Below, one piece after another: positions 37,690 to 50,752 of a stretch of 64,000 bases of DNA (position 1 is its first letter; each line of letters starts with the position of its first letter). This DNA comes from Mobula hypostoma (lineage: Eukaryota). The translations under genes were made by a program, and so were the position numbers. The notes below the pieces were generated by a model. The model ran no database searches and was not told the DNA's origin. It was given only the letters and a program-made list of their open reading frames with translations. The stretch spans positions 144,772,001 through 144,836,000 of the forward strand of contig NC_086097.1 in the NCBI RefSeq assembly GCF_963921235.1. The letters are read 5' to 3'.

Positions 37690-38762
37690 ATAGGATCTAC
37701 TAACACTTGGAGAAGCGGTATGATTCTGGAAGTCATCATGGCTTTGTCCAAGGAAAGTTATGTCTAATAAATCTCCTGCAGTTCTTCGAAGAAGTAACTA
37801 AAAGGATAGATTGAGGATAGGGCAGTGGACGTTGTCTGCATGGACTCTTGCAAAAACTTTGACAAAGTCCCTCATGGCAGGCTAGTCTGGAAAGTTAGAT
37901 GACATGGGATCCGGGGAAAATGGCAGATTGGACTCATAATTGGCTCAGTGGTATGAAGGGTGATGGTCAGGGTTGTTTGTTGAACTATGTTTAATGGTGT
38001 ACCACAGGGATCAATGCTGGGACCTGTGTTGTTTACAATTTGTATAAATGATTTGGGTGCTAACATATAGGGAATGTTAGTAAATTTGTGGATTATATTA
38101 AAATAGGAAGTGTTGTAGATAGTGTAGAAGGATACAAGAATTATGGGTGAATCTTGACCAGCTAGGTATGCAGGCTAAGGATTTGAAAGTGGCTTTCAAT
38201 CTGGATAAATGTGAAGTATTGCACTTTGGGAGATCAAACAAGGGTAGAACTTACACAGTTCTTGGTAAAACCAAGTGAAATGTTAAGGAGCAAAGGTACC
38301 CAGGAATGCTCGGGCGTAGTTCAGTGAAAGCAGATTCTCATGTAGATAGGATGGTGAAGCAGGTTTTTGGAATGCTGGCCTTCGTCAAGCAGGGCATTGA
38401 GTGTAGGGGTTGGGAAGATATGCTGCACTAATATTACACATTGGTGAGGCCGCATTTGAAGCATTGTGTATTGCTCAAGGAAAGATGTTATTAAACTAGA
38501 GTGAGGTCAGGAAAGATATCACGGAATGTTTCCTAGACTTAGGGGTCAGATTTACAATGAGAGGTTGCATAGACTCGGACTCTCTGGAATGTAGGCGATT
38601 GTGGAGTAACCTGATGGAGGTATATAAGATCATAAGGTGCAAAGACAGGGTGCACATAGTCTCATTTCCTGGGTGGGGATGCTAAAAATATGACGGCACA
38701 GGTTTAAGACAGTAGGAAAAATATTTAAAAGGGAAATCAGGGGCAGCTTCTTCATGCAAAGG
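37690..38762 (+). mobile_element. Degraded CR1, truncated by the adjacent Rex1/Babar insertion
   Basis: HGFVQGK, FFEEVTK, FDKVPHGRL, GVPQGSMLGP remnants. Confidence 0.8.
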
Positions 38763-41700
38763 AATCAGAATCAGGTTTAATATCATTGACATATGCTGTG
38801 AAATAATTGTTTATATATAAAATTGTAAAATTAGTACAGAAAGAGAGGGGGAAAATTCTGAGGTAGTAATCATGGTTTCATTGTCCATTCAGAAATCTGA
38901 TGGCGGAGATGAATAAGGTGTTCCTGAAATATTGAGTGTGGGTCATCAGGCTCTTGTACCTCCTCCCTGATGGCAGCCATGAGAGGAGGGCATGTCCAGG
39001 GTGATAGGGGTCCTTTTTGAGGCATTGCCTTTTGAATGTTCCTGGATAATGAGCAGACTAATGCCCGTGATGGAGCTGGCTGAGTTTACAACCTTCTGGA
39101 CCTTTTCCCAAACTGTACTGTACCCCGTTCCCCCCCCCCCCATACCAGATGGTGATGCAACTTGGGAGAATGCTCTCCACAGTAGAAAATACATAGAAGA
39201 CATAGAACATAGAAAACCCACAGCACAATACAGACCCTTTGGCCCACAAAGCTGTGCCGAACATGTCCTTATCTGAGAAATTAACTTGGGATACCCATAG
39301 CCCTCTATTTTTCTAAGCCACATGTACTTATCCAGGAGTCTCTTAAAAGACCCCATCGCATCTGCGTCCACCACCATCACTGGCAACCCACTCCACACAC
39401 TTACCACTCTCTGCGTAAAAAATTTACCCTTGATATCTCCTCTGTACCTACTTCCAAGCACCTTAAAACTGTGCCCTCTCATGCTAGCCATTTCAGCCCT
39501 GGGAAAAAGCCTCTGACTATCCACATGATCAATGCCTCTCATCATCTTATACACCTCTATCAGGTCACCTCTCATCCTCCGTCGCTCCAAGGAGAAAAGG
39601 CCAAGTTCACTCAACCTATTCTCATAAGGCATGCTTTCCAATCCAGGCAAAATCCTTGTAAATCTCCTCTGCACCCTTTCTATGGTTTCCACATCCTTCC
39701 TATAGTGAGGTGACCAGAATTGAGCACAGTACTCCAAGTGGGGTCTGATTCGGCTCCTATATAGCTGCAACATTACCTCTCAGATCTTAAACTCAACCCC
39801 ACGATTGAGGAAGGCCAATGAACCATATGCTTTCTTAACTACAGAGTCAACCTGCACAGCAGCTTTGAGTGTCCTATGGACTCGGACCCCAAGATCCCTC
39901 TGATCCTCCACACTGCCAAGAGTTTTATCATTAGTACTATATTCTGTCATCATATTTGCCCTACCAAAATGAACCACCTCACACTTATCTGGGTTGATCT
40001 CCATCTGCCACTTCTCAGCCCAGTTTTGCATCCCATCAATGTCCCACTGTAACCATTGACAGCCCTCCACACTATCCACAACACCTCCAACCTTTGTGTC
40101 ATCAGCAAATTTACTAACCCATCCCTCCACTTCTTCTTCCAGGTCATTTATAAAAATCATGAAGAGTAGAGGTCCCGGAACAGATCCCTGAGGCACACCA
40201 CTGGTCACCAACCTCCATGCAGAATATGACCCATCTACAACCACTCTTTGCCTTCTGTGGGCAAGCCAGTTCTGGATCCAGAAAGCAATTTCCCTTTGGA
40301 TCCCATGCCTTCTTATTTTCTCAATAAGTCTTGCATCGGGCACCTTGTCAATTGACTTGCTGAAATTTTTGGTCGAAGATGAGTGAATTTGGTGACATAA
40401 CAACTCTCCTCAAACTCTTAATGAGGTATAGCCACTGTCATACCTTCTTTTCAATTACATCCATATGTTGCATTCAGGATATATCCTCAGAGATACTGAC
40501 ACACAGGAACTTGAAACTGCTCACCCTTTCCACTTCTGATCCCTCAATGAGGACTGGTGGGTTTTCCCTTGATTTCCTCTTCCTGAAGTCCACAATCAAT
40601 TCCTTGGTCTTACTGATGTTGAGTGCAAGATTCTTGATGAAATACACTCAACCAGCTGATCTACCTCACTCCTCTACGTCTCCTCATCACCATCTGAAAT
40701 TCTACCAACAGTAGTTGAGTCATCAGCAAATATGTAGATGTCAGTTGAACTGTCCCTAGCTATGCCATCATGGGTATAGAGGGAGTAAAACAGTGGGCTA
40801 AGCAAGCATCCTTGAGGTGCACCAATGTTGATTGTCAGTGGGGAGGAGATGTTATTTCTGATCCACACAGATGGTGGTCTCCTGGTGAGGAAGTCAAGGA
40901 TCCAGTTGTAAAGGGAAGCACAGATTGTTTTTAATGCTGAGCTGCAATCAATAAACTACAACCTGATGTAGGAATTACATGGTGATGCAAGGCTGAGTGG
41001 AGAGCCAGTGAGATTGCACCTACTGTAGACCTGTTGCTGCGTTAAGCAAATTGCTCTGGGTCCAGGTCCTTACTTAGGCAAGAATTGAATCTAGCCATGA
41101 CCAACCTCTCAAAGCATCTCACCACAGATGTGAGTGGCACTGGGTGGTAGTCATTGAGACAGCTCACCCTGCTCTTTTTGGTCATTGGCATGATTGTTGC
41201 CCTTTTTGATGTCGGCCTCTGAGACAGAGATTACAGGGTCAGCAGATGCTGCAGGGATTCACAAAGGTGTAGATTTATTTCCCCTTTCAAAGTGTGCATA
41301 AGAGTCATTGAGATCATCTGGGAGTGAAACATCATAGTTAGCATGATGTTAAGTTTCACTTTGTAGGAAGTAATGGCCTACAAACTCTACCAGAGCTGAA
41401 GTGCGTCCGATTCCATTGCTAATCTTAACTGGAATTGTCTTACACCCTTAAAACAGCATTGTGTGGGTCATACCTGGATGACTTGTATAGTTCTGAATCA
41501 CTGGTCTTGAATCTGACAAATCTAGTCCCCAGCAGACTATGAATCTCCGGGTTCATCCATGGCTTTTTGTTTGGGTATGTTCTTGAAGGTATGCACTTAT
41601 CTACACAGGTCTTGATGAAGCCAGTGACTACTGTGACGTATTCATTCAGACTCAAAGACGAATCCCTGAATATTGTCTACCTTTGACCAAAGCAGTGCTG

Positions 41701-42230
41701 TAGGCACTCCTTCACTTCCCTTGACCATACCTTCTTATTCTTCACCACTGGTGCTGCAGTCTTTAGTCTCTGCCTGTACACTGGGAGTAGAAATACAGCC
41801 AGCTGATCAGATTTTCCAAAGTTTCGGCATGGGATGGCGCGGAAGGCATCCTTAATGGTGATATAACAGTGGTCAAATGCATTGGCTCCTCTGGTTCTGC
41901 AGGTGATACGTTGGTGGTAGTTCAGAGACTTATTCAAGCTGGCCTGGTTGAAATCTCCCACAGTGATAGGGAAGGCAACAGGATGCTCAGTCTTGTACCT
42001 GCTGATTACGTTGCTCAGCTCCTCCAGTGCCTGCTTGAAGTGGAATGTACACTGCCACCAGGAAGATGGCGGAGAATTCCCTGGCAGAAAAAATGGACCA
42101 TATTTGAATACTAGATGCTGCAGGTTAGGTTGAGCAAGATTAAGACAGAACCATCAGGTTTATACATCATGATTTGTTGATCATGAAACATACTCCACCT
42201 CCTCTGCTTTTAAAAGACTGAGTTGACCTA
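38763..42230 (-). mobile_element. Long Rex1/Babar-like LINE (APE endonuclease C-half and RT), interrupted by CR1
   Basis: GDFNQASL...TRGANAFDHCY...FGKSDQ (APE), [28 protein letters not shown]; tail aatcagaatcagg at 38763. Confidence 0.85.
39190..40350 (-). mobile_element. Young 5'-truncated CR1 nested in Rex1/Babar
   Basis: GVPQGSVPGP, SKFADDTKVGG, RPHLEYCAQFWSP; catagaa repeat tail. Confidence 0.95.
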
Positions 42231-42429
42231 CCTTTGTGGAGAATGGTGAAGCCTTCAGGCTGCAGTGCTGCAAATGAGGTTGTCAGTGAGAGTCAATTTT
42301 GATAACACAGAGTACTCAGCTGTCCCTGATATCCCTCTGGTGCAGTAATCTTCCTCCGAGGTCTTCAGTTTTATTTTCCAGAGACTGTATATTTGCCAGC
42401 AGGATAGTCAGGAGTGGGGTCTAAGGCCT

Positions 42430-42662
42430 GCTATCTGATTTCTAAATCAACATTGAACCTATGAACACTACCTCATTACTTTTTTATTTCTGTTATTTTG
42501 CACTTCTTATTTTAACTAAACTACTTAATAGACATATACTCTATATACTTAATGTAAACCAGTCTTTTCCTCTAAATTTAGTTATCATGTTTTTCATTGC
42601 ACTGCTACTGTAGAGTGAACAAATTTCATGGCATATTTTGGTGGTATTAAATCTGATTCTGT
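42430..42662 (+). mobile_element. Rex1/Babar-like 3' UTR fragment
   Basis: Ends attaaatctgattctg. Confidence 0.6.
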
Positions 42663-42744
42663 AGAAAGACCTCCCTGCCTCCATTGTTTTACAGGGGAAG
42701 TGCACTTGCAATCCGAGTCTGCCTTTCAAGGTTTATCGACTTAA

Positions 42745-43320
42745 GAATGTAATGCTGAGACATTATAAAGCACTAGTAAGGCCTCGCTTGGAGTATTGTG
42801 AGCAGTTTTGGGCCCATTATCTTAGACAGGATGTACTGACACTGAAAAGGGTTCAAAGGAGGTTCACAAAAATGATTCCAGGATTGAATGACTTCTCATA
42901 TGAAGAGCGTTTGATGGCTTTGGCCTGGTTTCTCTAGAATTCAGAAGAATGAGGAGTGACCTCATTGAAACCTAACGAAAGGTGAAAGGTCCTGATAGAG
43001 TGGATGTGGTGATGTTTCCTATGGTGGGAGAGTCTAGGACCAGAGGACACAATAGAATAGAGGGGTATGCTTTTGAAATGGAGATGAGGAAGAGTTTCTT
43101 TAGCCAGAGAATTCATTGCTACAGGCAACTGTGGAGGCCAAGTCCTTATGAGTATTTAAGACAGAGGTTGATATATTCTTGATTGGTCAGGGCAAGAAGG
43201 AATATGGGGAGAAGGCAGGAGAATGGGGCTGAGAGGAAAATTGGATCAGCCATGACAAAATGGTGGAACAGACTTGATGGGCCAAATTGCCTAATTCTGT
43301 TTCTATATCTTATGGTCTTA
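42745..43320 (+). mobile_element. CR1 3' fragment
   Basis: YKALVRPRLEYCEQFW...RVQRRFTKMIPG; tail tcttatggtctta. Confidence 0.9.
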
Positions 43321-46300
43321 AGATTTTGAGTATCGATAGAATTTTAAATGTCTTAAAACGATGCTGTTTACTGAAGTACCCATGGCTGTGATTATGGATT
43401 TCAGCTGTAGTAATAATCCTAAATGGGAATATTTGATGATTTGCCATTGGAGCTGCACACAAAGAGTCAGTACTTAATGGAGCCATTTTACTGGAACCAA
43501 TATTTGGGACGGTACTTGAAACAAGCTTCCAAATAGTAACTGAGGTGAGCACATTAGCAACATTTAAAGGCCATCGAGATGAGTGCATAGATAAGAGAGT
43601 TTTAGAGGGCTATGGGCCAAATGTAAGCAAATGGGGCTAAATTGCTGGGCAACACATTCGGCATGGCCCAAAAGGCCTCTTTCCATTCTGAATGACTGTC
43701 TCTATGGAATTAGGTTCTCCGAAATACAGAGCCTTCTTCCTTCACAAGGATTTCAAAACTGAGTGACTGTCTTTTCCTTTCCATCTTCACTTCCTTTAAC
43801 AACCTGCAATTTCTGAACATTCAAACTTCTAAATTCCCAACCACTATTTTACAATCAGTTACCCCTTTGCCTTCCACTCTTCAGTCTTGCTGATGGTCTG
43901 CAGTCTGCACTTTGAATCTTCATTTGGGTTCATTGATTTAACCTTTCAAGAAAGGTCTGTAGATTGGAACTGAAGATTGTAAATTGGAGTTTCAATGAAA
44001 ATAACAACCGATTCAGGCATAGTAACATATTGTGGAAAACTTACTGGATAACATCCATTGCTATGCATCATTTTTATTTCTTATTCCAATATTATACTTA
44101 AGGCTTCCAGTTATCCCGGGGAGAGAACATGTAACTAGTTCTATCCAACCTAACACACACCTCTTAACCCCCAACCACCACGAAACACAAAAGTTGCAGA
44201 AAAAGAGCCAAACTAAAAGTAAGTTTTATAAATCAAAAATGACATTAAATTTTACGAGCCAGGAAATGACAAGATATGGGCCTTCTGCCCGCTATTATTT
44301 GCTTTGTGGAATTCTTCACATATCAGGGAGGGGAGTGCGAGATGAGATCTTTCTCCATTACGTGAGAATGTTGGGAAGGATTGTTCTTTAACTTCTTCCC
44401 CACCGATGGACATCTGCCATTACGGATGAGGTTACATAAATTGCCTTTCCTTGTTGTCTTGAGATAGTGGAACATCATCCAAAACTGCTGGATGAAGTTT
44501 TGATTCAAACAAATGGTTTTATCAGACACCACAGACAGCAGTTAAGATTTAATCACGTTGACATGGCTAAGTATCAGATATAGACCACATGGGTAAAGCC
44601 TGCAGAATGCCTTTTCTGGAGGATGTTGGTGACATGGTTAAGATTTTATCGCAATCAGTGTTATCTAACAGCTTTTGTCATTTTCAAATATTTTAAGCAC
44701 TGAATTCAAATGCTCCCTTGGAGGTCCACTGCATTATTAGCCCAGCCCCCTTGACTAATATTCCAGCAATTTTTTAAGAATATAAATTGAAGTCTTCAAT
44801 TTGATGGTAACTTTTTACATTTTCTTTTCCTCGCCAATTTTCTAAAATCACGTAAGATCCAACAGTCGAATTTCAAGGCCAAAACAAATAAAACCCAATC
44901 TTGTCTGAGAACAACTCCTGCATCTGCAGAGCAGACGTGTATGGAAACATTCTTTCTCCCCATTTCTTAATTGTTTTTGATGCTGTCTCAGTGGGGAGCT
45001 CTCCTGCATTGTGAGAATATTAACAATGCTTTTCTGATTTCAGTAGACAAGTAGAACTGTTTTCTCTCCCTGGTTTTATTCTAACTCCTGAAGGTACCAA
45101 ATGGCTCTGAGGTGTGATTCTATACACACACATAATCCAGTGCCACACACATACTGTCGGTATTTCTCACATGTCATGTTCAGGCTGTATATGGGGGGCA
45201 GGGGGATCATCACAGTCAAACAGGATTCTGGTTCAGGTCTGTCAACAGTGCACATATGTAAACGTATATATTAATACATAAACACATATCCACACAATTC
45301 ACACACACAAGCATACACATGTTTCTCTAGCTGTGTGTGTACTCAGTTGGTCATCCAGGATTCAACACATTCACCCAACTAAGAATAAATTAAATCTATT
45401 TGATTAGAAATAATATGAATGTTTTGTGAGAAATTGTTGAAATACAATCTGTCAATTAAGGGATAAAGTAGCATAGTATTAAATTACAAGATTATTATCC
45501 AGAGGCCACATTAATGATCCAGAGAGAAACGCTTTAATCCCACCATGACAACTGAGCACTTAAATACATCTGATTAAATAACATCAAAAAATTAAACTTA
45601 ACGGGTGACCATGAAACTACAAGCTGATATTAGACAGAAGGCGATATTAAATGGTATGGGGAGAGAGTAAGATTTTTGGATTACTTGAATGGTGTATTAA
45701 AGGGTATAGGGATCAGGATTAGTTAAGGTGGGATTGTAAAGGATGCGATGCGTGAGCAGTAATTGTAACACTTGCTTCATGTGCGGAAATCTTCCAGGAC
45801 CGAAATCTGTCAGCCAAGCATTGTGTTTCCCTGATGAATCATACGATGAATCTGAGATTGATATAAGTGTTTATCATATCCCTTAGAAACATCTCAAAAC
45901 ATACTTAGTACTTTGTAACAATGGCTGCAGTTTTGGCAAATTTGGCCAGTTTTTGCACATAGTTTGATTCATAAGCAATGCAATAAATATGTAGTTCATT
46001 TATTTATCTAATTATATTGCTCAGGACTTTCGGAAACACCCTGATTCTTTTAAATCCTGGCGCAGCTTCTTTTCTTTGGTCCTGACATTCCTCCATTAAT
46101 GTGCAAACCCTCAGCAGAAGTCTAAAATGTCAACCCAGAATATATGATACAGATGACTACAGTTTGGATGCTAGACTAGAATGAACGGGGAAAAGAATCA
46201 ACTCACTAAAAAGTGCCATGTGTGGCTTAATGGAACCTACAGGAGAGGAAATCTGTCAATGGAAAAAAATACATAAAGATTGATAAATCCTGACTAATAT

Positions 46301-46495
46301 CCAGCAGTTGATGGCTTAGATCCATCATGGAAACATAGAGCTAGCCAACATTTTACTGTTCCTCTCAGTTGCTCTGGTCTCAGATGTAAAGTACTACTTG
46401 TAGTTTTAGACAGTAGAGATTCACCAGAATGATGTCATAATTTGAAGCATGGGGGCAGGCTAACAAACTTGGTTTATCGTCCTTGAATTCAAGTA

Positions 46496-47112
46496 CAGTC
46501 GGCCCTCCTTATCCGCGAGGGATTGGTTCCGAGACCCCCCGCGGATACCAAAAAACGCAGATACTCAAGTCCCTTAATTAACCTGTCTCAGTGCAGGTGG
46601 ACTTTAGGACCCAGGGCAGCACAGGACCCACCGCCCTCAGTGTTTCTGTTCCGTTGACTTATAATACCTAATACAATGTAAATGCTATGTAAATAGTTGT
46701 TATCGATGCTGATTCTCCCATGCTGTAGCGCTTTACACAGCCAGCCAGCCATCCCTAGCACTAACACTTCCACGAATTTCAGCTTCTTTCTGTTTTATTG
46801 TATGAATGCTCGATTCGTTCTTACCGACCTTATGGCTCACTTCGGAATGCAACATGCCACGTTTCAAAAGATTTGATATTTCTAATTTCTCGGCAAGAGA
46901 GAGCACTTTACATTCCCTCTTAGCCTTTGAGGAATTGCTTTGACCACGTAATTGCTTTTTAGGAGCCATTTTTTCACAGAAACAAAGTAGCGAACGAACG
47001 AGGCGAACAATGCTTGAACGAGTGCTGGAGAGTGAACTTCCGGGTATTCCCGATTCGCGGTTGGTTGGTTGAATTCACGCATGTGGAACTCGCGGATGAG
47101 GAGGGCCGACTG
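46496..47112 (-). mobile_element. Tigger/pogo internal-deletion derivative
   Basis: 24-bp TIRs CAGTCGGCCCTCCTTATCCGCGAG (1 mismatch), TA TSD, retains the transposase N-terminal HTH. Confidence 0.92.
46733..46969 (-). pseudogene. Truncated Tigger transposase (CENP-B/psq HTH only)
   Basis: MAPKKQ...KAKRECKVLSLAEKLEISNLLKRGMLHSEVSHKVGKNESSIHTIKQKEAEIR. Confidence 0.85.
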
Positions 47113-48448
47113 TACTTGTAAATCATCAGTATAAGTCTTAAGTCTTAAATATAAATGGTTAAAGAGTGTTCTGATTAAGGAGTTAATAATTATTTTTTCA
47201 AATCAGTTAGTTCATCTCAGTTGCTTAGAAGTTAGACCTATTTGAATATGAAAAGGGTGTTCCACACATTGGACTACACCAGGGATCATTTCCAGGGTGA
47301 TTAAGCACTACCTGTAAATTCACCCTGGGCGCTTCTGGGTGCAATTCACAACAGCATATCTGACACAGTCCTCCCGTCAGATGTACAGTACATCTAATGG
47401 AGTCATCTGATGTGCAAAGTCTGCTTACTGGCAGTAAGTAGATGGTAAAGATGCAACCTAAAATCTGCAATCCAAACTCAACAATAAAATGCAGTAATCA
47501 GCAAAGATCCTCCCTGCTCCTTTGATGTTTTGCTTCTTGTGTCAGTCAGCTTCACTTCCTGTACATCAGCATATTTCAAGACCCACTGTTAAGTGGTGTC
47601 TAACATTTAGCAGCCATCCAGCACAATTCACTGCTACAGAAACATGTTACCATTTCTGCCAACACGATGTACATTCACCGTACAGTGGTGTGAGCCACTT
47701 GTGGCATAGAACTAAAGGATTCAACCTATGTGGACAGTTGTGACTGTGGGTGCCAGACACAATGAAGACACCACACCACACCACACCACTTTAGTCTTTC
47801 TTAAAGTTGCTCTCTGGCTGCTCTGAAGAGAAGCTTCCCCTGCTTCATAGAAGTGATGATTCTTCTGCTATGATCTCTCCAGGCGGCTGCTTTCAGAAAC
47901 ATGAGTCGAGGTTTTTTTTTGTGTGTCTGAATCGTGAAGGAAGGTACTTGAACCATTTCTTAGTCAAATTCTCTCAGATTTCCTAGTTTTTTTTTGCAAG
48001 CCGCCTCATCCTACTTTCCATTCATTTCTGTACTGCTCCCAATCTGCTTTCATTTATAAATATCAGCTTCATATTTTTGAATATTTTGCATTTTTAATGG
48101 CTATTCAGCCTATTGTGTCTATGTCAACTCTTAGACCATGCATGTCAGTCGTAGTCCCCAATTTATATCTTGTAACCTATTCTCAAGTTCACTGTGATTC
48201 TTCCACTGCCTGTTTAGGGGTAATTTAAAAAAGCCAATCAGCTTTTTAACACAGCCATGTGTTCTCAGGATGTTGGACGAAACTGGAGCACTTGGGAAAT
48301 TCATAAGGTCGCAAGAACAACCCAGAGGAAAGATTCTGCAGCCTTTTTCACTCTTAGTCTGGGTAGAAATCTTAACCACCTGCTGAGAGCGTACAGGAAT
48401 GACTGAGGAGAAGAAGAACAAGAAAGAATTTGTGTTAGTATTTAAGAG

Positions 48449-48672
48449 AGGAGGGAACGTCGACTCAGACCATGAGAGGCCTGTGTCGGGCATTTTCATG
48501 CCTTACAAGGTGCAGATTGGAAGTCTGTGTGGGGCGCCACTCCGCTCACAGACTAGAGCAATGTGTGATTAAGTGCCTTGCTCAAGGGTACAAACACGCT
48601 GCCACAGCTGAGGCTTGAACTAGCAACCTTGAGGTAACTAGACGGACGCCTTAACCACTTGGCCACATGCCC
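48449..48672 (-). mobile_element. tRNA-derived CORE-like SINE with 13-bp TSD
   Basis: A box TGGCCAAGTGG, B box-like GTTCAAGCC, CCTTGAGCAAGGCACTTAA core; TSD TAGTATTTAAGAG (48436-48448, 48673-48685). Confidence 0.85.
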
Positions 48673-49860
48673 TAGTATTTAAGAGGAACGGTAATATCAC
48701 CTGGACAAATGAATAAATTGGCATTTATCTTACTGCTGCTTGTGAATCAGACTACTTGCCCAAATTTAGTAAACCTGTAACCATCATAACAATGGAATTC
48801 ATTTAATAAAATTGACTTTTTCTATTTCAAAAATGATGCATTCCATAAGAAGGATGAGCTCAAATTTTGAGACAACAGGAGCAATTTTTCTGATGTGAGA
48901 ATCCACAAGAATCTTAAAATTAGGGCAAGGCTATTTGAGAGTGAAATCATAAAGTACCTTCCACAGAAAGATTCATATAAATCTAAAATTAGCACCTCCA
49001 AGGTATTATGGCTGCCGACTGAATTGAAATTTTCAGTAGTGACATGATTATAGATCATGTAAATGAAGTTGAAATACATATCAGCAGTTATCTAAAAGGA
49101 TAATGAAGTACATTCAAGAGGTTAATAGGCCTATTCCTGTTAACATGTTGCCATAGCTGTTAAGTTTGCCACCTACATAAAAAATACAAGAGAAATACTG
49201 ACATAAAACTGAAATGCGAAAAAGAGCAAGCGATTAATGTTATAATTCAAGATTTCTTGAATCTGCATTTTTTGACTCCAAAAGAGAAATATTTATATTT
49301 ACAAAATAGTCTTCACAACCCTGGGATATTCCAAAGTTTGAAACAAATCATTTTTGGGAAATATAGCAACAAAGTTTCATAAAAATTACAAAGTCAAAAT
49401 CAAAGTTGAGCAAACAGATGTATAAATAGCTGCAATGAAAAGTTTTCTTGTAGCAACATCACAGACACGTATCATGTAATCAGAATCAGATCTACTATCA
49501 GTCACATACGAGGTGAAATTTATTCGCTTTCTGCAGCAGTACAGTGCAAACTGGTAAAAATTGTTAAATTACAAAAATAAATAAATATTGTGAATAAAAG
49601 GAATACAATGCCATGTTCATGGATTTATGGACCATTCAAAATTTTGATCATGCAAGGTAAGAATTTGTTCCTGCATCAATTAGTGAGTGTGCCCCTGTAC
49701 CTCCTAATTGATGGTAGTAACAACGGGTAATCATCTCTAAGATGGTTAAGGTCCATAAGAAGTATTCACAAGGAAATCTTTAATTATACATAAATTAAAC
49801 ACAATTCTTACAAGAAAGAACACAATTCAAACAAAAGTGCAAAGTGATCAAAATGGTCAC

Positions 49861-50413
49861 ACACTCCGTAGCCATATTATTAGCTACCTCCTGTACCTAA
49901 TAAAGTTGTCACTGAGTATATGGTTGTGATCTCCTGCTGCTGTAGACCATCCACTTCAAGGTTTGATGTGTGTGCATTCAGAGATGCTCTTCTGCACAAG
50001 TAATGCATGGTTATTTGAGTTATTGTCACCTTCCTGTCAGCTTGAACCAGTCTCTCTGACCTCTCTCATAAACAAGGCATCTTCACCCACAGAAGTGCCA
50101 CTCACTGGATGTTTTTTTTGTTTTTCATACCATTCTCTGTTAGCTCAAGAGAGTGTTGTGTGTGAAAATCCCAGGAGATCAGGAGTTTCTGAGGTACTAA
50201 AACCATACCATCTGGCAATAACAAACTTGGTTCTACAGTTGAAGTCACTTAGATCACATTTCTTCCCAATTGTGATGGTTGGTCTAAACAACATCTGAAC
50301 CCCTTGACCATGTCTGCATGCTTTTATGCAAAGTTGCTGCCACATAATTGACTGATTAATTATTTGCATAAACGAGCCGGTGTACACGTGTACCTAATAA
50401 AGTGGCCACTGAG
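49861..50413 (-). mobile_element. Tc1-like non-autonomous element
   Basis: Degenerate TIRs (cactc.gt.gcca...tattag.tac / gtacctaataaagtggccactgag). Minus strand GKKCDLSDFN...ARWYGFSTSETPDLLGFSHTT = Tc1 transposase N-terminus. Confidence 0.8.
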
Positions 50414-50437
50414 CAAAGTACTGCTAAACCGTAGTGA

Positions 50438-50752
50438 CACGCATAAAAGTTGCTGGTTAACGCAGCAGGCCAGGCAGCATCTCTAGGAAGAGGTACAGTC
50501 GACGTTTCAGGCCGAGACCCTTCATCAGGACTAACTGAAAGAAGAGCTAGTAAGAGAATTGAAAGATCTGAAGAGATTTGAAGAGCCTTTCAAATCTCTT
50601 ACTAGCTCTTCTTTCAGTTAGTCCTGACGAAGGGTCTCGGCCCGAAATGTTGACTGTACCTCTTCCTAGAGATGCTGCCTGGCCTGCTGTGTTCACCAGC
50701 AGCTTTCATGTGCGTTGCTTGAAACTCCAGCATCTGCAGATTTCCTCATGTT
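50438..50752. mobile_element. Palindromic mini-Penelope insertion with 16-bp TSD
   Basis: Inverted arms of about 125 bp, 37-nt tail on the right (50716-50752), TSD TGCTAAACC(G/A)TAGTGA at 50422-50437 and 50753-50768; hammerhead motif 50619-50656. Confidence 0.9.
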
